64,000 nt of DNA, taken from positions 128,001 through 192,000 of the forward strand of contig CAWEJX010000004.1 of NCBI GenBank assembly GCA_963809485.1, given 5' to 3'. This DNA is from an uncultured Acidobacteriota bacterium. Its GTDB lineage: Bacteria; Acidobacteriota; UBA6911. Within the stretch, counting starts at the first letter, position 1. Every line of letters begins with the position of its first letter. Below, in pieces: positions 39,593 to 50,751 of this stretch. The notes beneath the pieces were generated by a model. That model was not told where the DNA came from. It was given only the letters and a program-made list of their open reading frames with translations, and made no database searches. The position numbers and the translations under genes were made by a program.

Positions 39593-39907
39593 ATGTCGAA
39601 GGCTGAAATAAATTCGGGTGTCTGCGGCCACGTTACGAACGTCGAAGCGTCCATGGACGGCAAAACCTGCAAACTGGCTATTACCAGCGACTGCAAAGCG
39701 ATTGAGCAGCTCGCGCTGGAACTTCCCCAGGTCAATCCCCTCCAGGAAATTTCCTCCAAGAGGGCAGTTCCACAAGCGCTCCAAATGGGCCTGAAGCACT
39801 GTTTTCACGCGGCCTGTCCTGTCCCGGTGGGGATTATCAAAGCCGTTGAAGTGGAAGCCAAGCTGGCACTGCCCAAGGATGCCGTGATCAAGGTATCCAA
39901 GGAATAA
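39593..39907 (+). CDS. Small conserved Cys/His protein (DUF6951-like)
   Basis: 'SGVCG', 'SDC', 'HAACPVPVGIIKAVEVEA'; AGGAGG RBS. Confidence 0.7.
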   Translation: MSKAEINSGVCGHVTNVEASMDGKTCKLAITSDCKAIEQLALELPQVNPLQEISSKRAVPQALQMGLKHCFHAACPVPVGIIKAVEVEAKLALPKDAVIKVSKE

Positions 39908-40041
39908 TTGCCATAGGACGACGCCGGGATCGGCACCTCCCTGCTCCCAATTTTTCATCCGGGAATTCCTTGTCGGCTCTACCTCAATGGCAGGACAGGG
40001 CATGTTGTCAAAATGGCATGCGGCTTTGCCAGGGGAGAAAA

Positions 40042-41013
40042 ATGGAAAGCGTCATCCCTTATCTGCTGCAATCCAATGAGCCGTCCATCCGCTATAAAAC
40101 GCGAGTGAATATACTGGATGAACCTCCCGATTCGGCTTCGATAAAAAAGCTCAGGGAAGAAATTCGCATGTCGCCGCGAGTCCTGGCGCTACTGTCGGAA
40201 CGAGGCCGGGACAGGCGTATCCCGTTTCATCCTTACGCCAAATTTTGCGGCGCGCACTGGGTGCTGGCGGCGTTGGCCGATCTTGGCTATCCGGCCGGCG
40301 ACAAAACGCTCGTTCCGCTGCGCGACGAGGTCCTGGGATGGCTCACCTCGAAGGAGTATGAGACCCGGCTCATCCGCCGCCGGAAGAGCGGCCCCGTCCG
40401 AATACACGGATCCGTCGACGGCAACGCGATATTCAGTATCCTGACGCTCGGACTTGACGATCCGCGCCTGGACATCCTGATCGGGCATTTGCTCGACAAC
40501 CAGTGGCCCGACGGCGGATGGAACTGCGATCTCAAAGCCAAAGGAACAACATCCTCATTCGACGAAACATGGCTCGCCTTTCGCTCTCTGGCGCTGCACG
40601 CGCGGCTGGCCGGGGACAGTAAATCCCGGAAGGCGGTAAAAAAGGCAGCGGAGGTCTTTTTGTCCCGTCGCTTGTGCTGGCGGCGGTCGAATGGACGCGT
40701 AATCAGGCAAAGCTACACTAAACTGAACTACCCCTACTATTGGCACTACAGCCTGCTGTCGGGTTTAAGAGTAATGGCGGAAGCGGGATTTATCCGCGAC
40801 GCGCGCTGCAAGGACGCTCTTGACCTGCTGGAAAGCAAACGCCTTCCGGACAGCGGATTCCCGGCAGAACACGCCTATTATCAGGCCACGACAAAAACAG
40901 TTCGAAGCGGACGCTCTCTGGTGAAATGGGGCGGAGTCAGCCGCCGCCATTTGAATGAATGGGTCACGGTGGAGGCTCTTACAGTACTGAAGGCAGCGGG
41001 CCGCTTTGTTTGA
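40042..41013 (+). CDS. Prenyltransferase/squalene-cyclase repeat (alpha/alpha barrel) protein
   Basis: 'QWPDGGWNC', 'YPYYWHYSLL', 'KRLPDSGFP', 'NEWVT'. Confidence 0.65.
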   Translation: MESVIPYLLQSNEPSIRYKTRVNILDEPPDSASIKKLREEIRMSPRVLALLSERGRDRRIPFHPYAKFCGAHWVLAALADLGYPAGDKTLVPLRDEVLGWLTSKEYETRLIRRRKSGPVRIHGSVDGNAIFSILTLGLDDPRLDILIGHLLDNQWPDGGWNCDLKAKGTTSSFDETWLAFRSLALHARLAGDSKSRKAVKKAAEVFLSRRLCWRRSNGRVIRQSYTKLNYPYYWHYSLLSGLRVMAEAGFIRDARCKDALDLLESKRLPDSGFPAEHAYYQATTKTVRSGRSLVKWGGVSRRHLNEWVTVEALTVLKAAGRFV

Positions 41014-41201
41014 TGCATCGCCGGATCACACATCAATAAACTCCAAAATCGCAATCCGGGAAGATAAAATCATTTCCCCGGGTGTAGAATCCCTTCGGAA
41101 TCAATGGGAGCAGCGAACGGCGGCCTTCACCGGATGGCTCAGATGAATAGAGATTCCACTCCGGTTGTATTGCTGTGTTTTTTGGGTCGGGCACTATTGA
41201 A

Positions 41202-41438
41202 GTCAGGTAACTCCGGCAAAGCCGGAGGCTTGAAAGATTTGAACCGCTCAAAGCGGTTGGACTAGTTACGCCGGTCCTGAACGCTGACTTACGCGGGCAA
41301 AAGCCGATGAGGCGCTTCCGATCCACGCCGAACAAATCGGCGTTTGTCAGCGCTTTTATCAGCGTTTCTCAGCGTTTCAAAATACGGAGCTGTCAAACTC
41401 TTTGAGTCCCCCGGCAGGGCCGGGGGTTTACCAATATC
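41202..41438 (-). mobile_element. IS200/IS605-ended palindromic element, copy C (intermediate form)
   Basis: Same ends as copy A; keeps only one arm of the outer nested inverted repeat. Confidence 0.75.
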
Positions 41439-41455
41439 ATTAATATTCGCTGCTG

Positions 41456-42514
41456 ATGTCAAAGCGCTTCGAGGAAACAATGCAGGAACAAGAACTCGGC
41501 GACCTGGGAATCCATCGCATCCCAATCCCGATCCCATTCCGTCAGGCCGGAGGGCCGGCCAACGCCTACGTCGTCGAAGAAGATAACGGTTTACTGCTGT
41601 TCGATACCGGCATCGGACTGGACGGGTCTCAAAAGGCCTTGGCCGACGGACTAACTCAGACAGGGCATCGTTTTGAAGAAGTGAACCGCATCGTTTTGTC
41701 TCACGGTCATATGGATCATTTCGGCGGAGCTGCCTGGGTCCTGGAACAAATCGGGCGGCCAGTTCCCGTCTCGATTCACAGCGCGGATGCGCACAAAGTT
41801 CTCGAATCGGGATTGCCGCTGCCGGTTCTCTTCAGGCAGAACGCCGGCTATCTTTCCAGGCTCGGATTGCCGCCATCGGTGCTGGAGGAGATAATGGCCG
41901 ATATCGGCAAAGAGTCCGGCATGGGCAGACAGTTGGCTGATGTGACGCCGCTCTGCCCTGGCGACATCCTGCGGTGCAAATACGTCACTCTCGAAGTCCT
42001 CCATATGCCCGGCCACACACCCGGCCTCTGCTGCCTTTACGAACGCAACCACCGGATATTATTCTCAGCTGACCACCTCCTCGAGAACGTGTCACCCAAT
42101 CCGCTTATCGAGCTCACGCCGGGAACCGAACCCGGATGGTTCAAACCGCTGGTTACTTACTTCGAATCCCTCGACCGGCTGCGCGGGCTTGCCATTGACC
42201 TTGTTTTGCCCGGTCATGCGGAGCCGTTCGGTGCGCACCTCGATGTCATCGATTCCCTCCATGCCTTCTATCGGCGCCGCCAGGCCAAGCTTCTGGATTT
42301 ACTCCAACGCGAACCGCGGACCGTCTACGAGCTCATGAGAGAACTCTTCCCTTCCAGCAGCGCTTTCGAACTCTTCCTGACGATGTCGGAAACCCTCGGG
42401 AACCTCGAGATGCTCGAGCATCAGGGCAAGATAAAGCGCGAGACTCATGGTGAATACCTGCGCTTCCAAAAAATTGCCGGTCGATACGGAGACAATTCCG
42501 TCAGAGAAATATAA
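41456..42514 (+). CDS. MBL-fold metallo-hydrolase with C-terminal winged helix
   Basis: HGHMDH, 'PGHTPG', 'ADHLL', 'PGH'. The start may be 41480. Confidence 0.88.
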   Translation: MSKRFEETMQEQELGDLGIHRIPIPIPFRQAGGPANAYVVEEDNGLLLFDTGIGLDGSQKALADGLTQTGHRFEEVNRIVLSHGHMDHFGGAAWVLEQIGRPVPVSIHSADAHKVLESGLPLPVLFRQNAGYLSRLGLPPSVLEEIMADIGKESGMGRQLADVTPLCPGDILRCKYVTLEVLHMPGHTPGLCCLYERNHRILFSADHLLENVSPNPLIELTPGTEPGWFKPLVTYFESLDRLRGLAIDLVLPGHAEPFGAHLDVIDSLHAFYRRRQAKLLDLLQREPRTVYELMRELFPSSSAFELFLTMSETLGNLEMLEHQGKIKRETHGEYLRFQKIAGRYGDNSVREI

Positions 42515-42520
42515 AGTGGA

Positions 42521-43897
42521 GTGGGAACGCCAGTGAAGGAACAAATCTTCAAATACCTGCAGGAAGCCGGAAAGGGAGTTTCGGCGGCTCAGATCCTCGC
42601 TGATGTACTGAAGATCGGTTCTCCCAACGACCATTCCTCCGAAAGTATCCTGGCAGGCCTCCTGGGCCAGGATCCGCGATTTGTTTTTGCTGCCGGCCTC
42701 TGGCAACTGCGTCTTCCCTCGGTAAGCGCCCCTGACTGGGACGACAGCCGCATCGTGGTTCTGCATTTGCAGACTGCGGACAATTCGGCGACCTTGCGGC
42801 ATTTTCGCGGTGCAGCCCGCTGGGCAGACAGACGCCTGAAGGAGTTTGCGTCGCCGGCAGCCGTCAGGATCCTGAGCCGGCTTCGCGATGAGATCGAACT
42901 CCATCTCCTGATCGTTTGGAGCGGCCGGGAGCTCGGGATTTGGAACGCATTGATGCAATCGATGAGGCTTGAAGTCTGGCGAGGAGATACTCTGTTCCTG
43001 CGAAACCTTGCCGCGCGGGCGCTGGAACGAGTGCCCTCAAAACTGCAGCCGGAGGACATGGCTCCAATACTGGGCCTCTCGCCTGCAGATGAGGAAAGGC
43101 CGCGTGAGGTGGTTGAATACCTGAGTGCATGTTGGCGGCTCCTTCTGCAGCGCGTTCCAGACGAGTTCTGCCGGACTCTCGATTCGCTCCGCGAATGGAT
43201 CGACGACCGGGGATCGGCGGTTGATTTTAGTCATTTCGCCTTCGGGCCGGACTTCTTACGTCAACTGCCCCGCACAGCCGGGGTATATATAATGACGAAC
43301 CGCGAAGGCAAAATCATTTATGTCGGCAAGTCCCGCAACCTTAGACGTCGCGTTTCCTCCTATTTCACGCCCCAAGCCCGGAATGATCCCAAAACCGCGA
43401 GGATACACGAGCGGCTGTATTCCATCGATGTCTGCACAACCGGAAACGAGATCGAGGCTTTGCTGGTGGAAATGCGCCTGATCAAGGATTTCCGGCCTGC
43501 CATCAACCTGCAGACCGAGATTCACGAAAACATGGCGGGCCAAACTGAAGGACGCAATCTCATCCTTTTCGTGGCTGACGAGGAACAGAAGAAAGCTGAA
43601 ATTTATCTGTTCCGGAATGGGCGCTTTGCCGGCCGGCAATCCGCTCCCCTGGGGCGTTTGCCGTCGAAGCGCCTGCAGGAAAAGATCCGATCCATCTTCT
43701 TCGCACAGGGCAGGATAAGAAAGCGGAAAGGTGAAACCTGGGAAAAGGAAATTGTATCCCGATGGTTCAACGCCAATCGGAAGCGCATGAACTATCTCGA
43801 TGTTGACGAAGCGGGCGACCTGACGCGCGTCAAGGAGCAGCTGACCCGCTACCTTTGCGACCCGGACAAGCTCGCGCACAAGGTCTACTACCGTTAA
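42521..43897 (+). CDS. GIY-YIG (UvrC/Cho-like) nuclease with a degenerate N-terminal region
   Basis: 'LPRTAGVYIM...IIYVGKSRNLRRRVSSYF...EIEALLVEMRLIKDFRPAIN'. Confidence 0.8.
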   Translation: MGTPVKEQIFKYLQEAGKGVSAAQILADVLKIGSPNDHSSESILAGLLGQDPRFVFAAGLWQLRLPSVSAPDWDDSRIVVLHLQTADNSATLRHFRGAARWADRRLKEFASPAAVRILSRLRDEIELHLLIVWSGRELGIWNALMQSMRLEVWRGDTLFLRNLAARALERVPSKLQPEDMAPILGLSPADEERPREVVEYLSACWRLLLQRVPDEFCRTLDSLREWIDDRGSAVDFSHFAFGPDFLRQLPRTAGVYIMTNREGKIIYVGKSRNLRRRVSSYFTPQARNDPKTARIHERLYSIDVCTTGNEIEALLVEMRLIKDFRPAINLQTEIHENMAGQTEGRNLILFVADEEQKKAEIYLFRNGRFAGRQSAPLGRLPSKRLQEKIRSIFFAQGRIRKRKGETWEKEIVSRWFNANRKRMNYLDVDEAGDLTRVKEQLTRYLCDPDKLAHKVYYR

Positions 43898-44136
43898 GCC
43901 GCAGCATATTTTACAGAACAAAATAAAACAAGAAGCAACCGGCCCCTGCAATGTTTTTCATCAAATGCAATTCCACCCCGAACGCCGTCTCTCTGGAAAA
44001 AAATTGGTAAGAGATTTGAGACCGCTGCAGGAAATCCTGAATCTGCCGGCAATCCCGGCCGAAAAGTAACAATGAACCCGATGAATGGATCGTAATGACC
44101 TGAGGATGCAGTCTGTGCTCAGTCGCTGCAGGCTGT

Positions 44137-45360
44137 ATGGCCTCGAGATACCCGGAGATTTCATTGAAAAGGCAACTTCTCATCTCAGGTGTTGCAGCTG
44201 CTTTGGCATTGCTTCTCATGATTCTCTGTGCCGCCGGACAGATTCACATTCCCCAATCGGCGCAGGCGCAAGCAAAGGTTGCCGCGGTCCCGAAGGCACA
44301 GCAGAAGCAGAAGAACAGGGACCGATTAAACATGGAAGTTCGCGGCCTGTATATGACCTCCTGGGTTGCAGGCACCAAACGGTTCCAGGAAATTGCCGAC
44401 GGCGTTTCGCGCTACGGCCTCAACGCCCTGGTCATTGATATCAAGGACTGCACGGGAAAGGTGGGTTACGACTCCGCGGTGCCGATGGTGGCGGAAATTA
44501 AGGCCCGCGAGCGGCGCATACGGGACCTGGATGGCGTGCTCGCTTACTGCCGCGAACGAGGGATCCACACAATTGCCCGCATCGCGGCCTTCCAGGATCC
44601 TGTGCTCGCAGGCGCGAGGCCCGAGCTTGCGATAAAGACGAGCGGCGGATCCGTCTGGACCGATAACAAAGGTCTATCCTGGGTGGACCCCGCCTCCCGC
44701 TGCGTTTGGAAATACAATGTGGACTTAGCCAAAGAAGCTGCGGCGCGGGGCTTTAACGAGGTCCAGTTCGACTATGTCCGTTTTCCGACCGATGGCCGGC
44801 TCACGGGACTGGTATATCCCGCCTACAAAGGCGATGTCCCCAAAAGACAGGTTATCAAGGAATTTTTCCAGTACGCGGACCAGGAACTCAAATCCATCGA
44901 CATCCTTGTCTCAGCCGATATCTTCGGGCTAACGACGGTCGCCATAGACGACCTCAATATCGGGCAGAAGATCGAGGATATAGCCCCATACGTGGATTAT
45001 GTCTGCCCAATGGTATACCCTTCGCATTTCCCGCCGGGCTACCTGGGCCTCAAGAATCCTGCCGAAGAACCCTACAAGGTCATCTTCGACAGCTGCTCGC
45101 GAGGGCTGGAGCGTATCAAAGGGCAACGGGCTAAACTGCGGCCGTGGATCCAGGATTTCGACATCGGTGCCCGTTACGACAGGCGCATGATCCTGGAGCA
45201 GATCCGGGCGCTCCGCGATGCGGGCGCATTCGGTTTCTGCTCCTGGAATGCGAGAAATGTATACACGATCAGCGATTACGAGGCCCCTCTTCCCCAGGCC
45301 AATCCCAACCCGCCGCCGCGTTCCACGCAGACCGCAAGCATTGGTTCCGGGCCGCAGTAA
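44137..45360 (+). CDS. Putative glycoside hydrolase (DUF4015-type), exported
   Basis: 'VRGLYMT', 'NALVIDIKD', 'GFNEVQFDYVRFP', 'CPMVYPSH', 'RPWIQDF'. Confidence 0.85.
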   Translation: MASRYPEISLKRQLLISGVAAALALLLMILCAAGQIHIPQSAQAQAKVAAVPKAQQKQKNRDRLNMEVRGLYMTSWVAGTKRFQEIADGVSRYGLNALVIDIKDCTGKVGYDSAVPMVAEIKARERRIRDLDGVLAYCRERGIHTIARIAAFQDPVLAGARPELAIKTSGGSVWTDNKGLSWVDPASRCVWKYNVDLAKEAAARGFNEVQFDYVRFPTDGRLTGLVYPAYKGDVPKRQVIKEFFQYADQELKSIDILVSADIFGLTTVAIDDLNIGQKIEDIAPYVDYVCPMVYPSHFPPGYLGLKNPAEEPYKVIFDSCSRGLERIKGQRAKLRPWIQDFDIGARYDRRMILEQIRALRDAGAFGFCSWNARNVYTISDYEAPLPQANPNPPPRSTQTASIGSGPQ

Positions 45361-45413
45361 ATCGCTGCCCGATTGCGTCTCTCCGCTGGAGGCGGCGGTT
45401 TACCAAAGTGAAT

Positions 45414-45613
45414 AAACTGACAATCCCCCAGCTCTGCTCGGGGACTCACAAAGTTTGGCAGTTCCGGGATCATTTAACGCCGACATACACCGACAAAACG
45501 CCGAAGAACGCCGATCAATAAGGCAACGGCCGGCGCTCCAGAGCCAAGGTAGTTCATCCAACCGCTTTGAGCGGTACACACTCAAGCCTCCGGCTCTGCC
45601 GGAGATAGTTGAC
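45414..45613 (+). mobile_element. Diverged IS200/IS605-ended palindromic element, copy D
   Basis: CCCCCAGC-TCT-GCTCGGGG, ACCGCT-TTG-AGCGGT and CTCCGGC-TCT-GCCGGAG hairpins; ends in TGAC; different interior with ACGCCGA repeats. Confidence 0.65.
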
Positions 45614-45913
45614 CTACTGGCTATCCCGGAGGACCTTCCCCGTGGCCTTGTCTTTCCAGTAAGCCCGCTGCTGGACCGGCCAGTTAAAGGTGATGGCCTG
45701 GTTGGGGCAATCGGTCGCGCAGCAGCCGCAGTACCAGCATTCATCCGGGTGCAGGATGACCGGGGGCATCTTTTCTTCCGGGTTGGGGATAAAGACATCT
45801 ACCTGGCAGACTTCCACGCAGTGGTTGCAGCCGGTACAGACATCAGGATTGAAAATTACCGGATTCGCCGGGCTGATAATATTGGGTAATGCATAAGTTT
45901 CTTTACGAGGCAT
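45614..45913 (-). CDS. 2[4Fe-4S] ferredoxin (AprB-like)
   Basis: CTGCNHCVEVC and 'PDECWYCGCCATDCP'. Confidence 0.9.
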   Translation of the reverse strand: MPRKETYALPNIISPANPVIFNPDVCTGCNHCVEVCQVDVFIPNPEEKMPPVILHPDECWYCGCCATDCPNQAITFNWPVQQRAYWKDKATGKVLRDSQ

Positions 45914-45924
45914 AACAGTTCTCC

Positions 45925-47858
45925 CTATTTTCTTTTATAGACTCCGGTGTAGTCCTTGTTGTGGGCTTCATAGTTCGCTTTCATATCGCCCCAGTAGTTC
46001 AGGGGCAGTTCGCCCGTCTTGACCTTGTTGTTCTCCAGCTTGACGGTAACGAACTTGTTCCATTCCGGCGGGTCTATGTCGGGGTAATCGATTCTGAAGA
46101 AGAACAGCGCACGGCTGCTGGCCTTGCGTGCCAGGGATGCATGGATGACAATTTGCGCGTGGGTCAGCAGGCTCAGGTCTTCGATACTGCGCATGAGTTT
46201 GTGGGGGTCGAGGGCATACAGCCTGGGCACAAAAACTTCTTGTATTTCTTTCAGAGAATCCAGCCCGATATTCAGCATCAGATTCCGTTTTGAATTCACT
46301 GCACCAGTACTGCAGGGTGCGGGCAATGCCGGCGTGCAGTTCTTTCCAGTCGATGCCGTCATTGCGATTTATCGGGGCGTAGACGCGGGCTTTTTCCAGA
46401 GCGATCTGGTCTCTGGATATTTTGCCTGCGCCTATCTGCCTGGCGTAGGCAGCGGCTTTTCTGCCGGCATACCGTCCGGTCGAAGCGGCGTAGCTGTGGT
46501 CGCCGGCGGAGAACATGTGATTCTCCGGCGATGTACAGACCGTCGAGGGTTGATTTCAGGTCCCAGTCGACGACGGGACCGCCACGGCCCGCTGTTAGCC
46601 AGTGGGACGGGCTGGTTCCTTCAATCAAGTTATAGTTCATCAGCAGGTGTTTGGCCGGGTCGAAGCCGGCTTTTTCATAGGAATTGATGATATTTCTGGT
46701 GGTAGATTCCTCGCCCAGCATCAGTTTCCAGGTAACCCGGCGTTCGACCTCGGACATGGCGGGGAAATCGCCGAAGAAGGGCAGGGCGTAAGTGCCATCC
46801 TGGATGCCCTTGATGATTTTTTGCCTGTTTTCCGGAGAAGGTCCCATCGCGCCGCCGTCCGGCCATCCCTGCAGAGGCCAGGGCAGCTTTTTGCCGTTGG
46901 CGTCGACCTGCTGGATATTCTCGAAACTGGCGTCGCTGGCGCCGCCGTACCAGGTATGCTTGAGCCCGGTGCCGAGCCCATGCGGCATAGTCTGTTCCAT
47001 CAGGGTAAGCTCGGCGCCGGCCCTCCAGGCCATGGCCACGCCGTCTCCAGTCTTGGTCCGGGAGCCGGGGAAGGTATTGTAACCGGCCAGCTCGGTATTC
47101 AGGAACCCGAGTGAATTACTGCCGGCGGTAGACAGTACGGCGGCCTTCGACTTGAAGACCATAAACTCGCCGGTGCGGTTGTTAAAGCCCATGGCCCCGA
47201 TTACTCTGGCTCCCTGGACGCCTCCCTCGGTCAGCAGGTTGGTAACCATGACGCGGTCGTAAATTTTCACGCCCAGCCGCTGGCACTCTTTCTTCAAAGC
47301 GGGCTTAAAGGTTGTCCCCCAGACGCGGACAGTCACCTCGGTGGCATGGTTGGGGCTCATGCGCGGAGAAAACATCAACTTGTCGTCATAGCGGCCTTCG
47401 GCTCCCACGTATTCGTCGTCGGTGTCCCGGATCTTGCCGCCCATCTGTTCCATTTCCAGCAACGTATCCCAGTCCTCACGGCATTGAATCTGGGTGCCGA
47501 TGCCGTTGGCGTAGGAAATCGGCAGCGGTCCGGTCGGCGGGTCGCCGGCATGAACCGGATGCTCCACAAGTCGCTTGGCCCAGTCATCGGGGTCAACCTT
47601 GGAATGGGGATTGGCCGGTGTGACACACCAGTGGTCGCAGCCGGGGCCTCCCGCACCGCTCCTGATGGTATCCGCCTTTTCCACCAGCGCCACTTTAACA
47701 CCGGTTCTGGCGGCGCTGATAGCCGCCCAGCACCCGGCGATACCCCCGCCGATAATCAGGACATCGGTTTCGATTTCCTGTTCCTTATCGTAGCGAATGG
47801 GATAAGGCCAGGGCGTCGGCTTGCCATATTTTTCCAGTAAATCCTGCCATTTGGTCAT
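45925..47858 (-). CDS. AprA/SdhA/NadB-family FAD-dependent oxidoreductase, with frameshifts near 46520 and 46283
   Basis: 'DVLIIGGGIAG', 'RSGAGGPGCDHW', 'TGDGVAMAWRAGAEL', 'GLYIAGE'. The downstream frames give 'STGRYAGRKAA' and 'ASLARKASS...RIDYP'. Confidence 0.85.
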
Positions 47859-47914
47859 ATCACTGCACTCCTTTCACAAGTGACGAACCGCGTAATAGAT
47901 CAACCATCATTGGG

Positions 47915-48805
47915 TTATCGGCTGTGTTCCATGCCCCAGGATTCGAACATTTTCCTATAGATTTCCGGCTGCGGAAAATCGGAATCCATCATCATCTGCT
48001 CGTGAGCAAACATGGATTCCTTATAAAACTTCCTTAGGCCATCCATGAATTCATTCAGTTTGGAAACCGGTATGGAGAATATCATCTCTCCGGGCTGCGT
48101 CAGTGCCCTGACATACTCGCCCGGATCCGGCAGATTTATCCAGTACTCGTTGTCCAATATCGGGTTTGTGATGCAAAACGCGCAGGAAATGGGGAAAAAA
48201 TTTGATTTGACCTTGGGCTTCTCTTCCTCCTTCAATGACAGGAGCATATCTCTCAGTTGATTGGTGTCCGAATAGATAAGCACAAGATCCGGCTCGAAGG
48301 CGGCTGACTTTAATGGACCCGTCATTATCCCGATATATTTGCCGTACTCAAAACGCTTGTACTGCATTTTGGGATCGCCGCCCTGTGCTCCGTCCTGTGC
48401 TTTTGGCGAATCGACCATTCCATATGCGAGCAGAGGACCCAGACACCAGTTGTCATCCTTGAGCATCGCCACCGTCATCCTGTCTCGCCTGGACAGTCCG
48501 AAGACCTGGCATTGAGCATAATGCTGGTTCTTATCTTTCCTGGGTCTGAAAGCTCCCTTCGGAATGTCGGCCTCCGATTTCAGCATCTTTACCGCTATAG
48601 GCGAGGTGCGAAGCACCAGCGATCGCTCCAATTCCTCTCCGAAATTGTTACAATCTTTCACGTTAAGCATCCGATTCCCCTCCTGCGGGTTTGGGACGGG
48701 TTGGGTTCCGGCAGCGGTCGCTGCCGCCGACCCGCCGCACGCTGCCACGATTGCGGATCCAAGCCCCATTTCCAAGATATTCCGTCTGGTGAACGACTCT
48801 TTCAT
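47915..48805 (-). CDS. DUF169 (ArCR-like) protein with a putative Tat/lipoprotein leader
   Basis: 'LRTSPIAVKML', 'CQVFGLSRR', 'NWCLG', 'FEPDLVLIY', 'PDPGE', 'EMIFSIP'; N-terminal 'TRRNIL...IVAAC'. Confidence 0.75.
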   Translation of the reverse strand: MKESFTRRNILEMGLGSAIVAACGGSAAATAAGTQPVPNPQEGNRMLNVKDCNNFGEELERSLVLRTSPIAVKMLKSEADIPKGAFRPRKDKNQHYAQCQVFGLSRRDRMTVAMLKDDNWCLGPLLAYGMVDSPKAQDGAQGGDPKMQYKRFEYGKYIGIMTGPLKSAAFEPDLVLIYSDTNQLRDMLLSLKEEEKPKVKSNFFPISCAFCITNPILDNEYWINLPDPGEYVRALTQPGEMIFSIPVSKLNEFMDGLRKFYKESMFAHEQMMMDSDFPQPEIYRKMFESWGMEHSR

Positions 48806-49024
48806 CGGCGAATCCTCACTCTCCATGCCGCTTGCAGGCTTATGCATTGATGCGAATCTATCCCATGCCGCGCCTTCATTGCAACAACCAACCGGGATGC
48901 CGTCATCAAACTCCCGCAGGGATGGAGGACGATCAATGTATTTGAAGGGCGCCAGGAAAGATATATCATCAATCATTACAAAGATAAACGCAGTTCAACT
49001 CCACTGCGACATCGGGAGGCGGGA

Positions 49025-50751
49025 ATGAAATGGGATCCTCTGTTGGCTTCCCTGATTTTTTTCTGTGTAGTACCCGCCTTATGCCTGAACAGGCCCGCCG
49101 CAGATCTCATCATCCGCAACGCAAAGATCTGGACGGTTGACACGGCACGCCCGGAGGCGCAGGCCGTCGCCATCCTCGGAGACCGTATCGTCGCAGTCGG
49201 CGCCAATCAGGAACTCGATGCCTGGATTGGGCCCGAAACCAGGATTATCGATGCCGCAGGGAAACGGCTGCTTCCCGGTTTCAACGACGCTCACGTGCAC
49301 TTCGAAACCGGTGGAGCCCGGCTCGACGAAGTGCAGCTGCACGAGGTGACCAGTCCACGTGAGTTTGCCCGGAGAATTGCGGATCGCACAGCCAGGGGCG
49401 CCAAAGGCGAATGGATTATGGGCGGCAACTGGGATGAAACGCGCTGGGACCCTCCACAGATTCCCGCCAAAGATCTTATCGATCCCGTTACGCCGGATTC
49501 ACCCGTTGCAGTGAGCCGGTACGACGGGCACATGATCCTCGCCAATTCACTCGCCCTGAAAGCCGCCGGAATCACCGCGCAGACTCCCGATCCCCGGGAG
49601 GCGTCATCGTCCGCGACTCTCGCGGTAATCCGACGGGCGCGCTTAAAGATGCTGCAGCCGATCTTGTCCTGAAGATCATTCCCGAGCCGACACACGCCCA
49701 GCGCCGCCAGGCAATCGAGCGGGCGCTTCAAATGGCTGCGTCCGTCGGGGTAACCAGCGTGCAGCACATGAATCCCGAGTATGCCGACATTGCGGTTTAC
49801 TCCGAGCTTCTCGACCAGGGAAAGCTGACCGTGCGCGTATATGCTGTCCCGCTGATCTCGCAATTCGAGGACCAGGCGAAAATCGGCATTCGCCATGCAT
49901 TTGGCAATCCCTGGTTGAGGATTGGGGCGCTCAAGGCATACGCGGACGGTTCCCTCGGTTCTGCGACCGCCTATTTTTTTGAGCCTCTGAACGATCAGCC
50001 CCAAAATCGGGGATTGCTTGCCGACCTGATGCACCCCGTCTCGGCCATGCAGGACCGGATGGCGAAGGCCGAGGCTGCCGGGTTGCAGCTCTGCGCACAC
50101 GCGATAGGGGATGCAGCCATTTCCACAATTCTCGATATTTATTCGGCCATCGAAAAAGCTCATGGTAAAGCCGACCGCCGCTGGCGTATCGAGCATGCCC
50201 AGCACATGGCCGCCGGGGATTTCGACCGCTTCGCCGGGTTGCGTGTCATTGCTTCGGTCCAGCCCTATCACGCGATCGACGACGGCCGCTGGGCCGAAGC
50301 CCGCATCGGGCGCGATCGTGCCGCCAGAACCTACGCATTCCGCACTTTCCTCGATCACGGCGTCCGCCTTGCCTTCGGAACCGACTGGTATGTCGCACCG
50401 CTCAACCCGATGCTGACGCTTTACGCTGCCGTGACGCGTGCAACTCTCGATGGCAGGAATCCAAATGGATGGTTTCCCGAACAGAAGCTCACAATCAGAG
50501 AAGCGATCGAGGCCTACACAATGGGTTCTGCCTATGCGGAGTTTCAGGACACGGTAAAAGGCTCCATCACTCCCGGGAAGCTGGCTGACATGGTCCTTCT
50601 GAGCGAGGATATTCTGAACGTTGATCCTGACAGGATTCGAGACATCAAGGTGCTGAAAACCTGGATTGGCGGCAAACTGATCTATGACGCCGAAGGCGCC
50701 TCACGACTCACACACGATGAGTCAGGTCCTCCGGCAAAGCCGGAGGCTTGA
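49025..50751 (+). CDS. Amidohydrolase-3 (YtcJ-like), exported, frameshifted in the C run near 49592
   Basis: 'PGFNDAHVH', 'DGH..LANS', 'DGSLGSATA', 'HAIGD', 'RIEHAQ', 'FGTDW', 'GKLADMV'. The last codons run into element copy E. Confidence 0.9.

Noticed and set aside
45614-47858. Bona fide dissimilatory APS reductase (aprAB)
   Set aside because: The sequence is divergent, the order is A then B, the ferredoxin is short, and there is no sat/qmo context, so only a family-level call is supportable.
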